A DNA stretch of 32,000 nt from Halorhodospira halophila SL1 (GCF_000015585.1 NC_008789.1:1290001-1322000), one strand, 5' to 3'. Counted from the stretch's first letter, positions 1-10,151 are shown. Numbers and translations: made by a program. The notes: a model not told the origin generated them from the sequence alone.

Positions 1-1122
1 CACAGCGGACAACCCAGTTTCGATGAGCGGCATACCGCGCTCGCCCCATCGAGCCGTTACGTCCTGGATGCCTGGGGGTTGTGGCGACCGGTGCGCCCAG
101 GCCTGACCCCGATCCGACACATCCACGTCTCGGAGCAGGGCGGCTGGGGTTTCGTCCACTTCGACGCCGAGGAGGAGGGCGTCGATGCCCTCGGCTGGCT
201 GCTGGCCAATCGCGAGATGGGCGCCACGCTCGCGCAGCGCCTGGCCGCTGACGAACGCATCACGCTGATCAGTCCGGCGCAGGTCCAGACCGTGGAGCAG
301 GGCAGTGATCAGGTCCGCGTGACCACCAGCGGGGGCGACGGCGAGCAGCGGCTGCGCGGCCGCCTACTTGTCGCCGCCGACGGGGCCCACTCACGGACGC
401 GGACGCTCACCGAGCTGCCGGTACGCAGTCGCGATTACCACCAGAGCGCCGTGATCACCACCCTGACTCCGACCTGCCACCACCAGGGATGGGCCTTCGA
501 GCGGTTCACCCGGGAGGGCCCGTTGGCGCTGCTGCCCATCGCCGAGGGGCGGTGCGCCCTCGTCTGGTCACTGCCCCCAGAACGGGCCGAAGCCTATCGG
601 AGCGGCAATGAGACCGCATTCCTGGCGGCCCTGCAGCAGGCATTCGGCTACCGCCTGGGACCCTTCCGGGACTGCGGCCCGCGTTCCATCTACCCGCTGG
701 TCGAACGGCACACCCCGAGCCCGTACACCGGTCGGGTGCTGCTGCTGGGCAACGCCGCCCACACCCTGCACCCGGTCGCCGGACAGGGGCTTAACCTCGC
801 CCTGCGCGATGCGGCTACCCTGGCCGAACTCGTCGCGACGAGCCACGCCGGCGGTGGCGACCCGGGGGCCGAACCGCTGCTCAAGGCCTATGTGCGGCGG
901 CGCTCCGAGGACCTCTGGCGAACCCGGCTGTTCACCAACAGCCTGGTCGGCGGCTTCGCCTCCGCGCACCCACTCCTGCGCCTGGCACGCAGCGGGGCAC
1001 TCGCCACCCTGCAGCGCTGCCCACCGATCCGGCGCGCCCTGCTGTGCACCGGCGCGGGGCGGGTCGGTCCGCTGGCCACCGCCGCCTGTCGACCACCAGA
1101 CAGCGGGGAGAGCGCCCAGTGA
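1..1122 (+). CDS. ubiH: 2-octaprenyl-6-methoxyphenol hydroxylase (UbiH-type FAD monooxygenase), 5' end truncated by the window edge
   Basis: Frame 1 is open from nt 1 (HSGQPSFDERHTALAPSSRYVLDAWGLW...). Motifs LLVAADGAHS, AFERFTREGPLALLP, GRCALVW and LLLGNAAHTLHPVAGQGLNL follow E. coli UbiH closely. The N-terminal GxGxxG fold is missing, so the gene starts upstream of the window. Stop TGA at 1120-1122. Confidence 0.85.
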   Translation, partial: HSGQPSFDERHTALAPSSRYVLDAWGLWRPVRPGLTPIRHIHVSEQGGWGFVHFDAEEEGVDALGWLLANREMGATLAQRLAADERITLISPAQVQTVEQGSDQVRVTTSGGDGEQRLRGRLLVAADGAHSRTRTLTELPVRSRDYHQSAVITTLTPTCHHQGWAFERFTREGPLALLPIAEGRCALVWSLPPERAEAYRSGNETAFLAALQQAFGYRLGPFRDCGPRSIYPLVERHTPSPYTGRVLLLGNAAHTLHPVAGQGLNLALRDAATLAELVATSHAGGGDPGAEPLLKAYVRRRSEDLWRTRLFTNSLVGGFASAHPLLRLARSGALATLQRCPPIRRALLCTGAGRVGPLATAACRPPDSGESAQ

Positions 1123-2330
1123 AGGATGCCGACGTCATCATCCAGGGGGCCGGGGCACCGGCACTGGCGACAGCGGTCGGTCTGGCCCGCGAGGGCCTGG
1201 CGGTCACCCTGCTCGATGCCGCCGAGGTGTGCGTAGCCCCGACGGCCGGCAGTGAGCCCCGGCACTCTGTGATCGACGTCGTTTCCGAGCGTGTCCTTCG
1301 GCACCTCGGCGCTTGGCCCTCCGTCACCCGGGACCGAACCCACCCGATCGAGGCCTTGGAGCTGGAGGACTGTGACGCTTCGGCCCATCTCACCCTGAAC
1401 GCCTGCGAGGTCGGCGAGACGCGCATCGGCCACGTGGTCGAGCGCGGCGTCATCGATCGATCACTGCGTGAGCTGTTCGATGCCCTACCACAAACCCGCC
1501 GCCTGGCCACGGGCCCGGTCCGCGACATGGCCGTCGAAGGGCATCGGCTGACCCTCCACCTAGAGGATGGCCAGGCCCTCACCACCCAGCTACTGGTCGC
1601 CGCCGACGGTGACGCCTCACCACTGCGCCAACTGGCCGGCATCCGCTGGCGCCGCGCCGGCTACGGGCAGGATGCGGTGATAGCCCGGATCCGCACCGAG
1701 CGACACCCCGGGCGCACCGTCCGCCAGCGTTTCTGCGGTGAGGAGCCGCTGACCCTGCTGCCCCTGGACGACCACGAGTCGGCCCTGCTCTGGCCCGTAC
1801 CGCGGGCCCGCGCCAGACAGCTCCTGGAGGCGGATGCCGATGCGTTTCACCAGCGGCTTGAGGTCGCCAGCGGCGCCATGCTCGGCAGCGTCGAGGGCTC
1901 ATCGGCCCGCCAGGCGATGTCCCTGATCCGCGGCCGGGCCGAACGCTACATCGGCCCGCGGCTGGCCCTCGTCGGCAACGCGGCTCATACCGTCCATCCG
2001 CTGGCCACACAGGCCGTCAACCTCGGCTTGCTGGATGCCGCCACCCTGGTCGAGTCCGTGCTCGAGGCGCACCGTACGGGGCGCGATCCAGGCGGCATCG
2101 GCCCCCTGCGGCGCTACGAGCGGCGCCGCCGCGGCAGCAACGCCCGCATGCAGAACGGCCTGGATATGGTTCAGTGGCTTTTCGGGGTCCAGGCCGGCCC
2201 CCTGCCCCTGCTGCGAGGGACCGCCCTGCGCACCGCGGCCCACCTGCCACCGCTGCGTCAGGTCCTGATCACCGGCCTGATGGGCCTCCACGGCGATCTC
2301 CCCGCACTCGCCCGGGGGCCACGCATCTAA
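1119..2330 (+). CDS. ubiI: UbiI/VisC-like FAD-dependent ubiquinone hydroxylase
   Basis: GTG 1119 overlaps the ubiH stop (GTGA). The N-terminal Rossmann motif DVIIQGAGAPALATAVGLAREG starts right after it. Also LLVAADGDAS and LVGNAAHTVHPLATQAVNLG. The gene order ubiH-ubiI matches E. coli. The ATG at 1044 in the ORF track would add a 25-aa Arg-rich extension overlapping ubiH, so I reject it. Confidence 0.75.
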   Translation: MKDADVIIQGAGAPALATAVGLAREGLAVTLLDAAEVCVAPTAGSEPRHSVIDVVSERVLRHLGAWPSVTRDRTHPIEALELEDCDASAHLTLNACEVGETRIGHVVERGVIDRSLRELFDALPQTRRLATGPVRDMAVEGHRLTLHLEDGQALTTQLLVAADGDASPLRQLAGIRWRRAGYGQDAVIARIRTERHPGRTVRQRFCGEEPLTLLPLDDHESALLWPVPRARARQLLEADADAFHQRLEVASGAMLGSVEGSSARQAMSLIRGRAERYIGPRLALVGNAAHTVHPLATQAVNLGLLDAATLVESVLEAHRTGRDPGGIGPLRRYERRRRGSNARMQNGLDMVQWLFGVQAGPLPLLRGTALRTAAHLPPLRQVLITGLMGLHGDLPALARGPRI

Positions 2331-2366
2331 AACCATCCGGTCAGGGCAATAAGGCGCTTGCCAGCT

Positions 2367-2391
2367 AGAAACGCGAATCATTATCATCGAT
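2367..2391. promoter_or_regulatory. Fur-box-like operator upstream of the iron ABC transporter
   Basis: The only AT-rich patch in the 2331-2421 spacer is AGAAACGCGAATCATTATCATCGAT. Hand alignment of 2367-2385 to the 19-bp Fur consensus GATAATGATAATCATTATC gives 13/19, with a perfect AATCATTATC half. It overlaps a possible -10 (TATCAT, 2383-2388) and lies about 35 nt upstream of the start of an iron-binding-protein gene. Confidence 0.5.
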
Positions 2392-2421
2392 TTCTGTTGT
2401 GGACCAAACGAGGGAGTGCCC

Positions 2422-3429
2422 ATGTTCCGCCCGATCCCTGTGGCAACCGCGCTGATTGCTGGTGCTGTCCTGATCACCGGTTGCGATACCGGCGACGACG
2501 AGCTGACGGTCTACTCGGCCCGCCAGGACCACCTGATCAGCCCGATCCTCGAGCGTTTCACGGAAGAAACCGGGATCTCCGTGCGTTTCGTCACCGACGA
2601 CGCGGGGCCGCTGATGGAGCGCCTCAAGGCCGAGGGCGAGCGCACCCCGGCGGATATCCTGCTGACCGTGGATGCCGGCAACCTCCACCAGGCCACCGAG
2701 AACGACCTGCTCGCCAGGCTCGATTCATCCGAGCTGCGCGGACGCATCCCAGAGCACCTGCGCGATCCGGACGACCGGTGGTTCGGGCTTTCGGTACGCG
2801 CGCGCACCATCATGTACAGTCCTGAGCGCGTCGACCCGGAGGAGCTGGATAGCTATGCCAATCTGGCCGACGAGAAGTGGGAGGGGCGCCTTTGCCTGCG
2901 GACCTCGCAGCAGGTCTACAACCAGTCGCTGGTGGCCATGATGCTTCACCACGAGGGCGAGGAAGAGACGGCCCGCATCGTCGAGGGCTGGGTCGACAAT
3001 CTGGCCACCTCGCCGTTCTCCAACGATACCGCGGTCCTCGAAGCCATCGAGGCCGGACAGTGCGACGTGGGCATTACCAACACCTACTACCTCGGCCGGG
3101 TCCTCCGCGACAACCCCGATTTCCCGGTTGAGGTCTTCTGGGCCGATCAGGACGGCCACGGTACCCACGTCAACGTATCCGGGGCCGGAATCACCCAGCA
3201 CGCCTCCAACCCCGAGAAAGCGCAGAAGCTGCTGGAGTGGCTGGCCAGCGATGACGCTCAAGAGCAATTCGCCGCGATCAACCTCGAATACCCCGCGGTG
3301 GAGGGCGTCGATCTCGACCCCATCGTCGCCAATTGGGGGGAGTTTGAGCCCGACACCATCAATGTCAGCGAGGCGGGCCGGCTTCAGCGTGAGGCCACCA
3401 TGCTGATGGACCGAGCCGGGTACCGGTAA
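2422..3429 (+). CDS. Fe(3+) ABC transporter periplasmic substrate-binding lipoprotein (FbpA/AfuA/FutA family)
   Basis: ATG 2422 lies 6 nt after GAGGGAG (the track's start at 2416 is a GTG two codons upstream). Signal peptide plus lipobox LITGC. The mature part (LTVYSARQDHLISPILERFTEETGI..., LLTVDAGNL, GITNTYYLGR, HVNVSGAGI) is typical of ferric-iron family-1 solute-binding proteins. Confidence 0.8.
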   Translation: MFRPIPVATALIAGAVLITGCDTGDDELTVYSARQDHLISPILERFTEETGISVRFVTDDAGPLMERLKAEGERTPADILLTVDAGNLHQATENDLLARLDSSELRGRIPEHLRDPDDRWFGLSVRARTIMYSPERVDPEELDSYANLADEKWEGRLCLRTSQQVYNQSLVAMMLHHEGEEETARIVEGWVDNLATSPFSNDTAVLEAIEAGQCDVGITNTYYLGRVLRDNPDFPVEVFWADQDGHGTHVNVSGAGITQHASNPEKAQKLLEWLASDDAQEQFAAINLEYPAVEGVDLDPIVANWGEFEPDTINVSEAGRLQREATMLMDRAGYR

Positions 3430-3434
3430 GCGGC

Positions 3435-5084
3435 GTGCTCTCGCTACCGCGTCCGGCGCGCAGCCCTCGGCTGCGCCGATTCTGGCAGCGTATCGGCCCC
3501 TGGCGGGTCTTTGCCGTCCTTGCCGGGGGCCTGCTGTTCACCCCAATCCTGGTGACGCTGCTCTCGTGGCTGAATCCGGATCACGAGGTCTGGCGTCACC
3601 TGGCCAGTACGCTGCTGCCCGAGATCCTGCGCAATACCGCCATCCTCATCTTCGGGGTGGGCAGCGCGGTGATGGCCCTGGGCGTGGGCCTGGCCTGGCT
3701 GACGGCGGTCTGCGAGTTCCCCGGGCGCCGCTTCTTCGACTGGGCGCTGATGCTGCCGCTGGCGGTGCCGGCCTACGTCCTGGCCTTCGTGTTCATCGGC
3801 TTCTTTGAGTACGCCGGCCCGCTGCAAACCGGCCTGCGGGGACTGTTGGGACCGGACTTTGAACTGCCCTCGGTGCGCTCGGCGCCCGGGGTGGTGCTGG
3901 TAATGACGCTGGTCTTCTACCCCTACGTCTACATGCTCACCCGCGCGGCTTTCCTCGGCCAGGGCCGGGGGCCGCTGGAGGCAGCGCGCATCCAGGGGCT
4001 AACCCCTTGGGCAGCGTTCTTCCGGGTGGCCGTGCCCATGGCGCGGCCGGCCATCGCCGCCGGCACGGCGCTCGCCCTGATGGAGACGCTGGCCGACTTC
4101 GGCGCCGTCGCCATCTTCAACTTCGAGACCTTCACCACGGCGATCTACCGGGCCTGGTTCGGTTTCTACAGCATCAACGCCGCTGCCCAGCTCGCGGCGA
4201 TCCTGCTGCTGATCATCCTCGCCGGTCTGTGGGTGGAGCGCCGTGCGCGCGGTCGGGCACGCTTCTCCCAGGGCAGCACCCAGCACCTGGAACGCATCCA
4301 GCTGCGCGGCTGGCGCCGCTGGGCGGCCACCGCCGCGGCCAGCACCGTGCTGTCGCTGGGCTTCGTGCTGCCCATGATCCAGTTGCTGATCTGGGCTTCG
4401 CGCCGCCTGGAGGACCTGGACAGCACCTACTGGTCGCTGATCCAGAACACCCTCACCCTCGGCGCCAGCGCCGCTGCACTGACCGTACTCATCGCACTGC
4501 TGTTGGCCTACGCCCGCCGGGTGCAGCCGGACCGGCTGACCCAGCGCGCGGTCACTGCGGCGACCCTGGGCTACGCCCTGCCCGGCGCCGTCCTCGCAGT
4601 GGGGATTATGCTGGCCCTGACCTGGCTCGATCACTTGATCGCCAACCTGGTTGGCCCCTGGGGCGGACTCGGCACCACCTTCCTCGCGGGCAGCATCTTC
4701 GCGCTGCTCCTCGCCTACGTGGTGCGCTTTATGGCGGTCGCCTACGGCGCCGTGGACAGCAGCCTGGAGCGGGTCCGGCCCGTGCTACGCGATGCCGCGC
4801 GGAGCCTTGGGGCCGGTGATCGCGAGGTCATCCGGCGGATCTACGTGCCCATGCTGGCCCCGGGACTGCTCACTGCACTCCTGCTGGTCGGGGTCGATGT
4901 CATGAAGGAGATGCCGGCCACGCTGCTGCTGCGGCCCTTCGGCTGGGACACACTGGCAGTGCGCATCTACGAGTTCACCACCGAGGGGGTCTGGGAGCGG
5001 GCGGCCGTGCCCGCCATCACGCTGGTGGGGGTCGGATTGCTGCCCGTGATCCTGCTGGTACGGGGCTCGATCCGTGGTCGCTAA
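3435..5084 (+). CDS. Fe(3+) ABC transporter permease, fused two-domain type (FbpB-like)
   Basis: 549 aa and very hydrophobic, with about 12 predicted TM segments in two repeats. Each repeat carries an EAA-like loop (LEAARIQGLTPWAAFFRVAVP and DAARSLGAGDREVIRRIYVP). Starts at a GTG 5 nt after the binding-protein stop. No ATPase gene follows. Confidence 0.8.
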   Translation: MLSLPRPARSPRLRRFWQRIGPWRVFAVLAGGLLFTPILVTLLSWLNPDHEVWRHLASTLLPEILRNTAILIFGVGSAVMALGVGLAWLTAVCEFPGRRFFDWALMLPLAVPAYVLAFVFIGFFEYAGPLQTGLRGLLGPDFELPSVRSAPGVVLVMTLVFYPYVYMLTRAAFLGQGRGPLEAARIQGLTPWAAFFRVAVPMARPAIAAGTALALMETLADFGAVAIFNFETFTTAIYRAWFGFYSINAAAQLAAILLLIILAGLWVERRARGRARFSQGSTQHLERIQLRGWRRWAATAAASTVLSLGFVLPMIQLLIWASRRLEDLDSTYWSLIQNTLTLGASAAALTVLIALLLAYARRVQPDRLTQRAVTAATLGYALPGAVLAVGIMLALTWLDHLIANLVGPWGGLGTTFLAGSIFALLLAYVVRFMAVAYGAVDSSLERVRPVLRDAARSLGAGDREVIRRIYVPMLAPGLLTALLLVGVDVMKEMPATLLLRPFGWDTLAVRIYEFTTEGVWERAAVPAITLVGVGLLPVILLVRGSIRGR

Positions 5085-5103
5085 GCCCCGGCCCCCGGGG
5101 CTT
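5083..5103 (+). terminator. GC-rich hairpin immediately after the permease stop (terminator-like)
   Basis: AAGCCCCGG-CCC-CCGGGGCTT gives a 9-bp perfect stem with a 3-nt loop, overlapping the TAA at 5082-5084. The downstream T-tract is weak (TT...CATTTGGGTTT). Confidence 0.5.
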
Positions 5104-5116
5104 GCGTGCCCGTCAT

Positions 5117-5145
5117 TTGGGTTTATCGGACTTTGTGCGTATAGT
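5117..5145 (+). promoter_or_regulatory. Putative sigma70 promoter of the gcv operon
   Basis: TTGGGT (5117-5122), a 17-nt spacer, then TATAGT (5140-5145), about 30 nt upstream of the gcvT ATG. It sits in a locally AT-richer spacer. Confidence 0.45.
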
Positions 5146-5175
5146 ATTTCGCCACCCTAGCGACCGATTCCAGAG

Positions 5176-6258
5176 ATGCCGCAAAGAACCCCGCTCTACG
5201 ATCAACACGTGGGCGCCGGCGCCCGCGTGGTCGACTTCGCCGGCTGGGAGATGCCGCTGCACTACGGCTCCCAGCTCGCCGAACACCAGGCCGTACGCAG
5301 CGACGTCGGCTTGTTCGACGTCTCCCACATGGCCGTGACCGACCTCTCCGGCCCCGGCGCCCGCGCCCTCCTGCGCGAACAGCTGGCCAACGATGTCGCC
5401 AAGCTCGATGGACGCCCCGGCCAGGCCCTCTACAGCTGCCTGCTCAACGGGCGCGGTGGCGTCGTCGACGACCTGATCGTCTACCTTCGCGAGGACGCGT
5501 CTTATCGGGTGGTCTCCAACGCGGCCACCCGCGAGAAGGTGCGCCCGCGACTGCTGGAGCAGGCCCACGCCGCCGGCGTCACGGCGGAGGCCCGAGACGA
5601 TCTGGCCATGATCGCCGTGCAGGGCCCGCGAGCCGCCTCTGTGCTGGAGCAGCTCTTCGGCGACCAGGCCGCCGCGGCCCTGGCCTGCAAACCGTTCCAG
5701 GCGGCGGCGATCGGCGAGATCTTTGCCGGGCGCACCGGGTACACCGGCGAGGACGGCTTCGAGCTGATCCTACCGGCCGACCAGGCCCCGGCACTGTGGG
5801 ACCGACTGACCGAGGCCGGCGCCCAGCCGTGCGGGCTCGGTGCCCGCGATAGCCTGCGCCTGGAGGCCGGGCTGAACCTCAACGGACACGAGATGGACGA
5901 GGAGACCACGCCCCTGGAGGCCGCACTGGGCTGGACCGTGGCGTGGGATCCCGAAGACCGCGATTTCATCGGCCGGGCAGCCCTTGAGGAACAGCGCCGC
6001 CACGGCGCCGCCTGGCGCCTGATCGGCCTGTTGGTCGAGGGTCGCGCCCCGGCCCGTGAGGGCTACGTGGTGCGCACCGACGCCGGCGACGGGGTCATCA
6101 CCAGCGGCGCCCACTCGCCGACCCTCGGCGGGCCCATCGCCCTGGCCCGCGTCCCGGCTGGCGCCGAGGGCGACTGGCGCGTGGTCATCCGCAAGCGCGA
6201 GGCCGCTGCGCGGCGGGTGAAACCGCCCTTCGTCCGCCATGGTAAGGTGTGCGTCTAA
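5176..6258 (+). CDS. gcvT: Glycine cleavage system T protein (aminomethyltransferase)
   Basis: [52 protein letters not shown] is the canonical GcvT N-terminus. Also GYTGEDGFE and [10 protein letters not shown]. 360 aa. Confidence 0.95.
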
Positions 6259-6312
6259 CCCTTCTCCGGTTTTAGACACGAATTCATCCCCGAATTGCGA
6301 GGAACGCATCCC

Positions 6313-6705
6313 ATGAGTCAGGTACCTGAAGACCTCAAGTACACGCGCAACCACGAGTGGGTCCGCGTGGAAGCCGACGGCAGCGTGACGGTGGGGATCA
6401 CCGAGCACGCCCAGGAGTCGCTGGGCGATCTGGTCTTCGTCGAGCCGCCGGAAGCCGGAACCCAGGTCCAGGCTGAAGAGGCGTGCGCGGTGGTTGAGTC
6501 GGTCAAGGCGGCCTCCGACGTCTACGCCCCGATCAGTGGCGAGGTCACGCAGGGCAACGAGGCCCTGGCCGACAACCCCGAGGCTGTGAACACCGACCCT
6601 TACGGCGATGGGTGGATTATGCGCATCCAGCCCGCCGACACTAGCGAGATCGACGGTCTTCTGGATGCCGCCGCCTATCAAGAGCTGGTGGCCGACGAGG
6701 GTTGA
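6313..6705 (+). CDS. gcvH: Glycine cleavage system H protein (lipoyl carrier)
   Basis: [20 protein letters not shown]...[17 protein letters not shown]...[19 protein letters not shown], with the lipoyl-lysine in ESVKA. ATG 6313 is preceded by GAGGAA. The track's start at 6295 adds 6 aa. Confidence 0.95.
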   Translation: MSQVPEDLKYTRNHEWVRVEADGSVTVGITEHAQESLGDLVFVEPPEAGTQVQAEEACAVVESVKAASDVYAPISGEVTQGNEALADNPEAVNTDPYGDGWIMRIQPADTSEIDGLLDAAAYQELVADEG

Positions 6706-6734
6706 AGCCCGTCCACTAACACGGGACCCGAACG

Positions 6735-8117
6735 ATGCCGTTTGTACCGCATACCGAGCAGGAGGTCCGCGAGATGCTCGACGCTATCGGCGTCGAGCGG
6801 ATCGAGGACCTCTTCGACGAAATCCCCGAGTCGCTGCGCAAGGCCTCCATCGACGCCATCCCCGCCGGGATGAACGAGATGGAGGTCACGCAGCTCATGC
6901 GTCGCCGCGCGGCGCAGGACGTGCAGCCGGCCTGTTTCGTGGGCGCCGGCGCCTACGACCACCATGTGCCGGCGGCGGTCTGGGAGATCACCACCCGTGG
7001 TGAGTTCTACAGCGCCTATACGCCTTACCAGGCCGAGGCGTCCCAGGGCACTCTGCAGCTGCTCTACGAGTTCCAGACCATGATGTCGGAGCTCACCGGG
7101 CTGTACGCCTCCAACGCCTCCCTGTACGACGGCGCGACCGCGCTGGCCGAAGCGGTGCTCATGGCGGTGCGGGCCAACCGCAAGGTCAAGAGCAAGCGGG
7201 TGCTGATGCCGCGCAGCGTGCACCCGTACTACCGGCGCGTGGTCGAGACCATCGTTGCCAACCAGGGCATCGAACTGGTCGAGGCGCCCCTCGACGATAC
7301 CGTTGGGCGCATCGACCCCGAGGCGCTGGGCCGCTTCGAGGATGAGCCCTTCGCCGCGGTGGTGATCCCGCAGCCGAACTTCTTCGGCGCCCTCGAGGAG
7401 GTGGACCGGCTGACCGACTGGGCCCACGGCCTGAACGCCCTGGTCATCGCCGTCTGCAACCCGGTCGCCCTGGCCCTGCTGACCCCGCCCGGCGAGTGGG
7501 GTACCGAGGGGGCCGACATCGCCTGTGGCGAGGGGCAGCCCCTGGGCATCCCGCTCTCCTCCGGCGGCCCCTACTTCGGCTACATGACCACGCGCAAGCA
7601 GCACGTGCGTCAGCTGCCCGGCCGGATCGTGGGGCGCACGGTCGACGCCGACGGGCGAACCGGCTATACGTTGACGTTACAGGCCCGGGAGCAGCACATC
7701 CGCCGCTCGAAGGCGACCTCCAACATCTGCACCAACCAGGGGCTGATGGTCACCGCGGCCACCGTTCACCTCTCCCTGCTTGGCGCCGAGGGGCTCGCCC
7801 GGGTGGCGGCGGTCAGCCATGAGCGTACCCGTGAGCTGGTACAGAAGCTGACCGCCATCGACGGCGTCGAGCGACTGTTCGATGGTCCGTTCTTCCACGA
7901 GGTCCCCGTGCGGATCCCAGCGCCTGCCGAGGAAGTCCTGCCGATGCTCGCCAACCGCGGCGTGCTCGGTGGCTACGACCTCAGTCAGGAGTTCCCGGAG
8001 TGGGGGCCGGCGCTGCTCATCTGCGCCACCGAGACCCGCACCTCCGAGGAGATCGACCGGTTCGCTGCGGCGCTGGCCGATGCCCTGCGCAACACCGGGC
8101 AGCGCGCCCGCGCCTGA
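6735..8117 (+). CDS. gcvPA: Glycine dehydrogenase (decarboxylating) subunit 1
   Basis: [20 protein letters not shown]..., [22 protein letters not shown](A)SQGTLQ and [19 protein letters not shown] are typical of the N-terminal subunit of split P-protein. 460 aa. Confidence 0.93.
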
Positions 8118-8157
8118 GCCCCACAACCGCGCACCGTCGCGGAGGAGGTATCGCGCC

Positions 8158-8655
8158 ATGGCAACCGTCACCCTTAAGGGCACCCCGTTCCGTACCTGCG
8201 GTGAGCTGCCGGGCACCGGCTCGGCAGCCCCGGATTTCCGACTCGTCGACGGCGAGCTGCAGGACCACCGACTGGCCGACTTTGCCGGTCGTCGGCTGGT
8301 GCTCAACATCGTGCCGAGCCTCGACACCCCAGTGTGCGGCGCGTCGGCCAAGCGCTTTGACGAGCTCGCCCGCGATAACACCGGGGTGACCTTCGCCACC
8401 GTCTCCGCCGATCTGCCCTTTGCCCAGCAGCGCTTCTGCGGCACCGAGGGCGTCGGCAACGTGGCGATGCTCTCGGCCATGCGCGATGCGGCCTTCGCCC
8501 GGGATTACGGCGTGCGCATCGAGGAAGGCCCCATGGAGGGCCTGTGCGCCCGGGCCGTGGTGATCATCGACGAAGGGGGGCAGGTGGCCTACACCCAGCT
8601 CGTCCCCGAGATCGCCGAGGAACCCGACTACGACGACGTGCAGCGCGCCCTGTGA
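8158..8655 (+). CDS. tpx: Thiol peroxidase (atypical 2-Cys peroxiredoxin Tpx)
   Basis: ATG 8158 follows GGAGGAGG. 165 aa, colinear with E. coli Tpx: [19 protein letters not shown] (peroxidatic Cys), [13 protein letters not shown] (resolving Cys), [18 protein letters not shown]. It is the inner part of track ORF 7882-8655. Confidence 0.92.
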   Translation: MATVTLKGTPFRTCGELPGTGSAAPDFRLVDGELQDHRLADFAGRRLVLNIVPSLDTPVCGASAKRFDELARDNTGVTFATVSADLPFAQQRFCGTEGVGNVAMLSAMRDAAFARDYGVRIEEGPMEGLCARAVVIIDEGGQVAYTQLVPEIAEEPDYDDVQRAL

Positions 8656-8657
8656 AC

Positions 8658-10124
8658 ATGACTGAGGAGTCCGAAGCCGTGCTCATCTACGACATCAGCC
8701 GCGAGGGCCGGCGTGCCTACGCCCAGGCCCCCGCCGAGGCGCCCGGGGCCGACAGCCTCCCGCGCCGTTTCCGCCGCCAGCGCCAACCGCAACTGCCGCA
8801 GGTTTCGGAGCTGGAGACGGTCCGGCACTACACCCGGCTGTCGCAGAAGAATTTCTCCATCGACACCCACTTCTACCCGCTGGGCTCCTGCACCATGAAG
8901 TACAACCCGCGGGGTGCCAATAACCTCGCGATGCTGCCCCAGTTCCTCGAGCGCCACCCCTTGGCGCCCGATGAGACGGGGCAGGGCTTCCTGGCCTGCA
9001 TCTACGAGCTCCAGCAGGACCTGGCCGTCGTGACCGGCATGCAGGACGTCACCCTGTCGGTGATGGCCGGCGCCCAGGGCGAATTTGCCGGCGTGGCCAT
9101 GATCCGCGCCTATCACGACGCCCGCGGCGACGACGGCCGTACCGAGATCCTGGTGCCCGATGCCGCCCACGGCACCAACCCGGCCACCGCCACCATGTGC
9201 GGCTACCAGGTGCGCGAGATCCCCACCGGGGCCGACGGCGACGTCGACATGGACGCCTTCAAGGCGGCGGTCGGGCCGCAGACCGCCGGCATCATGCTGA
9301 CCAACCCCTCCACGGTGGGCGTCTTCGAGCGCCGTATCGAGGAGATCGCAGCCACTGTGCACGAGGCCGGCGGCCTGCTCTACTACGACGGCGCCAACCT
9401 CAACGCCATCCTCGGCAAGGCGCGGCCCGGCGACATGGGCTTCGACGTCATTCACATGAACCTGCACAAGACCTTCTCGACGCCCCACGGCGGCGGCGGG
9501 CCGGGTGCCGGCGCGGTCGGCGTCAGCGAGCGCCTGCTCCCCTACTTGCCGATTCCCCGGGTCACCAAGGAGGGGGAGCACTACCGATGGCTCACCGAGA
9601 GCGACTGCCCGAACTCCATCGGCCGGCTGTGCACCTTCAACGGCAACTCCGGGGTGCTCCTGCGCGCCTACGCCTATGTGCGCATGCTCGGGCGCGAGGG
9701 GATGCCGCGGGTGGCCGAATACTCGACGCTCAACGCCAATTACCTGATGACCCGGCTGCGCGAGGCCGGTTTCACGGTGGCGTACCCGGACCGTCGGGCC
9801 AGCCACGAGTTCATCGTCAGTCTCAAGCACGAGGCCAAGGAGCTTGGCGCCAACGTCATGGACTTCGCCAAGCGCCTGCTCGATCTTGGTTACCACGCGC
9901 CGACCACCTACTTCCCGCTGTTGGTCCCCGAGGCGCTGCTCATCGAGCCGACCGAGACCGAGTCCAAGCGCGAACTCGACGGCTTCGTCGACGCCATGGT
10001 CCGCATCCGCGAGGAGGCCCGCGAGAACATCGACATGGTCAAGGGCGCGCCGTACCGCCTGCCCGTGCGCCGGCTCGACGACGTCAAGGCCGCACGTGAG
10101 CTTGATCTGCGCTGGGAAGGCTAA
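8658..10124 (+). CDS. gcvPB: Glycine dehydrogenase (decarboxylating) subunit 2 (PLP-binding)
   Basis: ATG 8658 lies 2 nt after the tpx stop. Motifs [36 protein letters not shown] and [18 protein letters not shown] (PLP lysine region). 488 aa. Confidence 0.93.
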   Translation: MTEESEAVLIYDISREGRRAYAQAPAEAPGADSLPRRFRRQRQPQLPQVSELETVRHYTRLSQKNFSIDTHFYPLGSCTMKYNPRGANNLAMLPQFLERHPLAPDETGQGFLACIYELQQDLAVVTGMQDVTLSVMAGAQGEFAGVAMIRAYHDARGDDGRTEILVPDAAHGTNPATATMCGYQVREIPTGADGDVDMDAFKAAVGPQTAGIMLTNPSTVGVFERRIEEIAATVHEAGGLLYYDGANLNAILGKARPGDMGFDVIHMNLHKTFSTPHGGGGPGAGAVGVSERLLPYLPIPRVTKEGEHYRWLTESDCPNSIGRLCTFNGNSGVLLRAYAYVRMLGREGMPRVAEYSTLNANYLMTRLREAGFTVAYPDRRASHEFIVSLKHEAKELGANVMDFAKRLLDLGYHAPTTYFPLLVPEALLIEPTETESKRELDGFVDAMVRIREEARENIDMVKGAPYRLPVRRLDDVKAARELDLRWEG

Positions 10125-10151
10125 ACGAACACCCACGACAAGGAGGATTCA

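Noticed and set aside
5085-5175. Possible glycine riboswitch upstream of gcvT.
   Set aside because: The spacer is only 91 nt, and part of it is taken by a terminator hairpin and a promoter-like element. I could not find the conserved glycine-aptamer cores (GGAGAG...CACCG / ACCGAAGGGGCAA-type). A covariance-model scan (Rfam RF00504) would be the decisive check.
8628-10136. Very long antisense ORFs: 502 aa here, plus 18387-19826 (-), 19621-20961 (-), 27628-29118 (-), 13980-15437 (-), 15854-16873 (-), 12694-13869 (+), 23975-25492 (+) and 25637-26731 (+).
   Set aside because: Each lies opposite a gene with unmistakable family motifs (gcvPB, hslU, ubiE/ubiJ, gpsA/ntrC, lysA, dapF/yigA, tal, ctpA, envC). 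Their translations are Arg/Gly/Pro/Ala-rich low-complexity strings with no recognisable motifs. Stop-poor antisense frames are expected in DNA this GC-rich.
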